From: Sphagnum compactum
Lineage: Eukaryota
Direction of reading: 5' to 3'
Assembly (NCBI GenBank): GCA_965153455.1
Contig: OZ234493.1
Span: 15,738,213-15,802,212 of the forward strand
Length of the DNA: 64,000 bases
Below, in pieces: positions 57,029-64,000 of this stretch. Position 1 is the stretch's first letter; each line of letters opens with the position of its first letter. The position numbers were made by a program, and so were the translations under genes. The notes under the pieces were generated by a model. It was not told the origin of the DNA, did not search any database, and worked only from the letters and a program-made list of their open reading frames with translations.

Positions 57029-60000
57029 CTAAATACTGAATTCCACATCCGGATCTAGAGCACTAGATTTTAATGGAGATGACTTTGACAGTGTTAGTAG
57101 TATTTTTATTTTCAAATTTTTTTCTCTTCCCCCATTTCTAACCCTAACAAGGTCTTTCTTGCAAGTGAATACAAGGCAATGCACGAAGACTTGACCTCCT
57201 TTGACTTCTTTAAGTGTTCGCCCACTGGCCTATCTAACCTAGTTTCAAGGAGGATATGTTTTAGATATGTCAAAGATCTATCTAGGGTGTTTAATGCATC
57301 ATGAATGTGGTATCCTTTGCCAAACACTCTAACAAACTTGAAGCAGCGCTTATGATGTACTTGTTTATTTTTTGTCTATCCCTAAACCCTAAAATTTCTA
57401 TAGGTAGTATAATAGGCACTTTTTAAGGTGGGTATTGGAAAACCAACTCATAAATGCATAATAGGTGACTATGACCAGAAGAAATAACCAAGCAAAATTG
57501 ATAACTAAGAATATTAGTTAACAAGGAAATTGATATTGAGTTGAAACATTTTGTTATTATATCTTTTGCATGGTGTTCTCAAACTTTTAAAATATAATTA
57601 CCTTGCCCCATAGCATTAGAGAAAAAATCTTTGTCCTTTGCAACTAAGAAATTAATGATCAAATGTCCTAAACAACTAATAATTGATTGTAATAATAAAA
57701 CATTATTTCAAATCCTATGTGTAAAATGTTTTAGTCGTATATAAATGATGCATTTGATTAGTAAACGATGACATGATAACAGGAAGGTTGATGTCGTTTT
57801 TTCGTTACAAGTTTTCATCCATCTGACATACACGATTGATAACAAAATGGCATAAATATACAAAATATCGTATGAAAATGTGATTATGATAAAATCATTT
57901 CAAATATAATTAAATGTTGACTATGCAAATGATCTGAACAAAATGACATGTCATTACATACATAATGTGATAATAAAATAATTTTACAATGATTCAAAAA
58001 TGACTATTAATATAAGTTCACGTATAAAAAATTACGACATGTAGGGAACTGATTTCAACTTGAATATACTTGATATATGATTTATTTTAAAATATGTTAT
58101 ATGAATAAATTAATTATCATAGATTGAAATAAATTTATTCATAAAAAATGATATATTAAAAATAATTTTTTATATTATAATTTTAAAATCAAATAGAAAT
58201 GTAAGATGTGGTAAATATATAATTTATTTTTACTTTAAAATTTTATCATCAATTTAAGTAAAAATTTATATACTATATATATATATATAAATATTCCACA
58301 ATTATGTCAAAGTAAATGTGTAAAATTGAATAAAATTTATAAATCAACTTAATATGACTAACATAAAAACATTTATTATATATATATATTTAGATATTAT
58401 AATTGATTTATGATCCATTTATAAATATTTTATGTGGATATATTTTATGGATTCATATGTCTAAATTAAAAGTTGTTAATAAAATTATGATATATTGGAA
58501 GAAAGTTTGTATAATATAAATTATAAATCAAATGAAGGTTTAAGATATGAAAAATATTTTTTATTTATTCTTGTACTACCCACAAAGTTTTTTCCATTTA
58601 CAAATCATGTGTTTGAAATTGTTTTTCCAAATAATGGTCATTGAAATATTATTCAATAAGAAAATTCAAATATTTTTCTTTTGAAATGAATTCACATTTA
58701 TATATATATATATATATTACATTATTGAAAGAAATTTATGAATAAGTTTTTCATTTTTTCATTTGGACAATTTATCAATAAGATATGAATCATCAAATTT
58801 GAGGTTGTGTGTAATGTTTAAATGAATTATGGTCTAAATAAATAAACACTAAATTGTTTACACAACAAGTGAGGTGGCTTGGTGGTAAAAGATTTCAATT
58901 CCATCCTTGGGGTCCAAGGATCATATTTCACAAATGACTTGTTGTAGTCAACGATGGAATATTGACCAAATGTTTCATACCTAATTAAACTACTTAGTTT
59001 AAGTGCCTACCTAGGTAGATTAGGTGGTCTACTTAGCCATTTAAACTATTTTTAACTGAGTTTAAGTGGTGGCATGTGTCAACAATTGATAGGATGAAAA
59101 TAATGAAATTAAAAATAATGGAAATAAAAATATATCTTATTATTTACATTATAATAATTTCAATTATAATTTTGAATAATAAAAAAAATTACACAACGAT
59201 TAAACTATGACTAATGAATGAAATGTGCCACATCATTGACACATCATTGTGCCACATCTTGTCGTAAACAACTATTGTCCTCAACAACTTGTCTGTAATG
59301 GCTTTAGGGCTATTAGTCATTTTTGTCTTTTATGATTAGAATACCAATCATAAACTTAGTCATGTATTTGAAGATTTCTTGTAGTGTAAGCTTTGGGGAA
59401 AAAAAAAGTAAGGTTTGGCTAACTTTAAAAATAATCAACATCCGTTGATTTGGGCTCTAAGTTGGGTCCATGTCCAAATTCAAGTTTTAAGAACTAACCT
59501 AAAGGTTTTTTATGCGAGATTTGTTAAAAGAACCACCTTAAGGGCATACAATTTTCTTTCAATCGCAAGTGTGATCCAAGAAAAACAAAGATCAAATAGA
59601 TCTAGCCTTAAAATGAATTGACAATTATTATGCTCTACTTCATAAGGTCCAATTCCTAAAATTATAAGGTTCAATAATTGTAAAATTAACTTGGTTCATT
59701 TTGCACCTCTCAATTAACCATAATTGAACAATATGGTTGTAAAAAATGAGAATATCACATCTCCCACTATTAATAATAATTATGGTCTGCAAACAAATGA
59801 ATGTAAGTTTTAAAGCCTAAAGTAAAAATAGGGTTTTACTCAATGTTTGACCAATGCTAAAGATCATGGTTTTTACTCTATTCTTTTTACTAAATGGGTG
59901 TAAGCAAGATAAAGTGAACAACTTGATTACCTTGTTAAAATTGGAACAAGTAGATTTAAAATAATAACAAAACCCATTATAGAATTGTGGAACATTGAAT

Positions 60001-62999
60001 GTTTTCATTTTAATGATTAAATATGATATATGTTTTACATCAATGTGCATTGATTTTCATATTTCAAATTGTAAAAGTACATTTTTAATAGGTTTTTCAA
60101 AATACAAGTGGCTTTTAACATTTACTTTTCAATGTGGGTTTTTGGTTTCAAGTAGGTGTCAAGTAGGTTCTTACAAAAAGAAAACAGATTTTTAAATTGT
60201 GAGGACGTGTTAAAACATATGTTGATCTTAATTTCCTAACTTATTACATATCAATTTCATTTATTTTTCTAATCAAATAGTAGGTTTGAACATGTATTTT
60301 TCTGTTAATTTCAAATGTATTTTTTATCTATTTTTAAAATTTATTTTCTTTTAAGTTTTTAACACATATTTTTACCTAATTTGATGCTACTTTATGGTAG
60401 TTATATGAACAACAGAAGGTTGAAGTGGAAACGTCTACTTTATCTTGCTTTGACCCAAATATATTCATAAATTTTAAATCATAACAACTAGTTGAAAATG
60501 TTGGCTTCAATCAAACGAACTAATTGTTTATGCTAAAGATTTGATTAAATACACATGCGGACTCATTTACAATGATTAAAATGATTTTGCTAAGTTGATG
60601 TGTTGGCATAATTTTTTTTAAGTTTTTAATTAATTTTATTATATCAATAATTAATCTTTTAATGTTAATTACTGCACATGGTAACTAATGATTTGACCAT
60701 GTGACTTATATACCTAACTACCTATTTAGTTATTAAAATATTCAAAATAACATGTGCATGCCTACTTAAGTAGAAGCGTGGTAAAGTAGACACAAAAGTT
60801 AATGTCTCTAACTTTAACTATCATCCATATAAAAGCAAATAAGTAACATGAGTAATCAAAATACAATTGAAAACTTTCTCATTACTTTATTATTGTTATA
60901 AGATTTTATATTTTTGAAAAAATCAAAAGAATTTTCTTAAAAAATAGACCAAAAATTATATTTATTTGCTAGGTGATAAGTTTATGAATGGGGATATTTC
61001 TCAATTACTTTTGAAACATAGTTGTTCTTTATTCTTGTAGACATAAACATCATTATATTTTAGAGGTGTGATTGTAATAAAAAGTAGAAATCTATTTGTT
61101 AAAACCTAATTACCACATATTTTATAGGATTCCTTCATTATAAACCATAAACTTTGAACCTACTTGCATTTCAAACAAGCAAAAAATAATAATTAAAACA
61201 TTTTGAAAATTGAAAATAAATGAAAAATAATTTTTTTAAAAGCATACATTATTTTTTATAAATTTTATTATTGTTTTATATTTACTTTCATGTAACCTTG
61301 AATAACAAGTTTGTACAATTTATTTATTTATGCCCACCTAGCCTACCTACTTAACCTAAGGGTAATATATGGCACATGAGTTTATCATGACATGTGTCAT
61401 TTCAATTTTGATGTTAATGCACATCAATGCCATGTCTACATTTAAATTTGTAAAATCCTTCACCAAAATCGTAAATACCTAAAGCTGAAACCTAAACATT
61501 ACAAAACAATCTTTGGAAATTATAATTAATTAAAGAAAATATCATTGTAATATTATATGTAAATACATTTTCAAAATAAAGTTGTCACCACATCTATGCA
61601 TTCATCACAACGCGACAAACACATCTAAACACAAATGCAACCCTGCATAATGTCAATATAAAGTCAACCAAGGTTCAACCTAAGGTCAACCTATGTCAAA
61701 GGCCATTTCAAGCTACCCGAAGCAAGATTACGATTGAAACTGGAAACATTTTGTTTGCAATAAACCTTGTGGAAACTTAAATGTCTTTCAATTGCTACAA
61801 GAATTTGGTTGCTAGATTTTTGGTCACCATAAGAATTTAGTTGCCAAAATTTTGATCGCCACACATTTTTAGTCACCACGTTTTCGGTTGTCATAGCATT
61901 CGATCGCCAACTTTCAATTGCTAACTTTCAATCACCACAATTTTAGGTCACCACATTTTAACACATATTTAGTTAATTTAGGACTTTATCCAACCTAGTG
62001 GATATATGAACTTTACCTGGTGGCCACCAAATTTAACAAATGTAACCTTATATTCAAGTAAAACAACAATCATTCAAAAATATAACACCCATGTAAAAAC
62101 AATTTTGTCTCAAAAGATTCTTTTGCCTTGTGCCCAACAAGTGAAAATTATGTGTTATTCATTATTAAAGTTGGAAGTCAATGCAAAACAAAAATTGTTC
62201 TTACTAAATTACAAAGAATTAAACATAGCATGAAACAATTCATCAATCACCATAATGCATATGGACCCAAACTTGTTTTTCATACAATAACAAAATCATT
62301 AATAATTCCAAGCGGCTCAATGGCATAAAATAACAAAGAAAACACCTAGTGGCCACCAGGGATCAGGGTTAAGGTCAAAAATATAAGAATATTGATAGCA
62401 AGTATCCAATTTTTTGTGATAAACAAAGTTTTCAATATTTTTTGGACTTTATGCCATGAAAGAAAAAAACAGATAATTAGTGGCCACCAAGAATGAAAGT
62501 TAAAGTAAAACAAAAAAGACCATCAACCATTCACAATACATTTTAACTCAATGCCATCAAAGTTAACAATACACTAATGGTGGCAACTAAGGATTAAGGT
62601 TAAGGTGTAACAACAAAGATCATTAATTATGACTGTCTAAGAATGTGCACAAAACTTTTTACGATGAAAAGATTGATTAAACAATACACTTTATCAAACA
62701 CAAAAACATAAAACGATCATTAATAAATTCCAAGTTCTATGCCAAGAATGAGAAAAGAGGACGCCGAGTGGCCACTAGATATTAGGGTTAAAATGCAACA
62801 AAAAAAAATTATTGATCAAGAATGTCCAAAAATATTCACAAATAATGTGTACCATGAATAAATTGATTAAAACACCATTGAGACCAATTTAATCATATAA
62901 AAAGGCTCTGAAAAATCAAAAACATAATTTCCTCCATGTTCAAAACATCTTTCACACATTGTTAAATGCTTTAGCGGCATCAAGATTTACTTTAACCAT

Positions 63000-64000
63000 G
63001 CTAACACAAGTAGCAAGAATAGAATTTTGACTATTGTTTGATATAATTTGGGCTAAAAATGAAAATAAAACAGATGAAATATCAAGCCATTATTTTAGAT
63101 CTACAAAATTACATTTCCACTTGCCATTCCAGTAATCCTCATCCAAATTTTTGCCCTTCTTCATAAGAACCCACCATTGAACCCTCACCATTTTGAAAAA
63201 TGCACTTTCTTCATCACCTTGTGCTTTTCCAATCCAAGCAGAAAAAAGGCCAAGATCATGCGGCCTAAACGAAAACAAAATCCCCATCATTAAGATCTTT
63301 AAACAGGGTGTACACAGTTGAAGGCCTCATTTTCTTTGGCCCACAATAAAGGCATTGAATTGGGTCCTCTAGATCAACACCAACAATAGTGGTTGACAAT
63401 GAAGCCCTAGAATAGTTGGATCTCTAATTGCTTAATGACCAGATTCCCTCCAAAAGAATGGCACTTTGATAGGATAAGGTTTTAATGAATGTAACAAGAT
63501 ATCCTCCCAATACTTAACATAGTTCTTCATCTTCATTTCATAAGTTGCACTTTGTGTAATGCCAAGCTTCTAGAAATCAACATATTTCGAATAGACTAGC
63601 ACTAATGAACTTTTGTCTCTCAACAAACCTAAAAGGATCAATGCCCCAAATGGGGCAGTAAGGAACATGGCTAAGCACGCCCATAAGCAACTTTGGTGAC
63701 CCATTAAGATTAACTTTTCATAATTTTGATTGGAGGCATATCTACAAGACTCCAAATAGGATCTGTGGGAGAAACTTTATATTGCATAACAAGCCAACCC
63801 ATTGAATCAACAAAAAACCTGAAAAGATGCATATCAGTATGCCCTACCAAAGTCTCAAAACCATCCTTCAAACAACCTACCACCCAAAACTTAAAATCTG
63901 AAAACTCTTGAATCAATTGAGGAATAAATGGTTGCTCCTGGGAGACCATGAACGCCCTCATCAAATTAGCCAAAACATAATTATTTTGTTTTCTTAACTT
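63000..64000 (-). pseudogene. Degenerate transposase-like coding remnant, truncated by the window end
   Basis: Protein-like, stop-interrupted reading ANLMRAFMVSQEQPFIPQLIQEFSDFKFWV...LVGHTDMHLFRFFVDSMGWLVMQYKVSPTDPIWS. It resembles, from memory and unverified, bryophyte DUF7869-type transposon proteins. It adjoins subterminal-type repeats at 61800-62800. Confidence 0.5.

Noticed and set aside
62340..62800. CRISPR-like repeat-spacer array
   Set aside because: Eukaryotic context, degenerate repeats, irregular and mutually similar spacers, and no cas genes.

Overview
AT-rich eukaryotic (land plant) genomic DNA with GT-AG introns. The gene content and repeat style suggest a moss such as Sphagnum, which is an inference. 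Two protein-coding genes are supported, both on the + strand. One is a 5-exon secreted GDSL/SGNH esterase-lipase (4314-7782) whose conserved block III Asn is replaced by Asp. The other is a 2-exon group VIII-like (RSL/HEC-related) bHLH transcription factor with a very long low-complexity N-terminus (52243-54753). The ~44 kb between them and both flanks consist mostly of decayed DNA transposons (hAT, pogo/DDE_1, CACTA-type, Harbinger-type MITEs and a further transposase-like remnant at the right end), minisatellites and small duplications. The most distinctive non-genic signals are: a 35-nt 5' fragment of U2 snRNA inserted with a 13-14 bp target-site duplication; a 42-bp perfect hairpin; tRNA-like Pol III heads embedded in AGGT-rich repeats; a MITE with a 4-bp TSD; and a 35-nt motif pair conserved at two distant non-coding sites. 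I could not support any multi-gene novel system. Most short ORFs in the track are noise from repeats.
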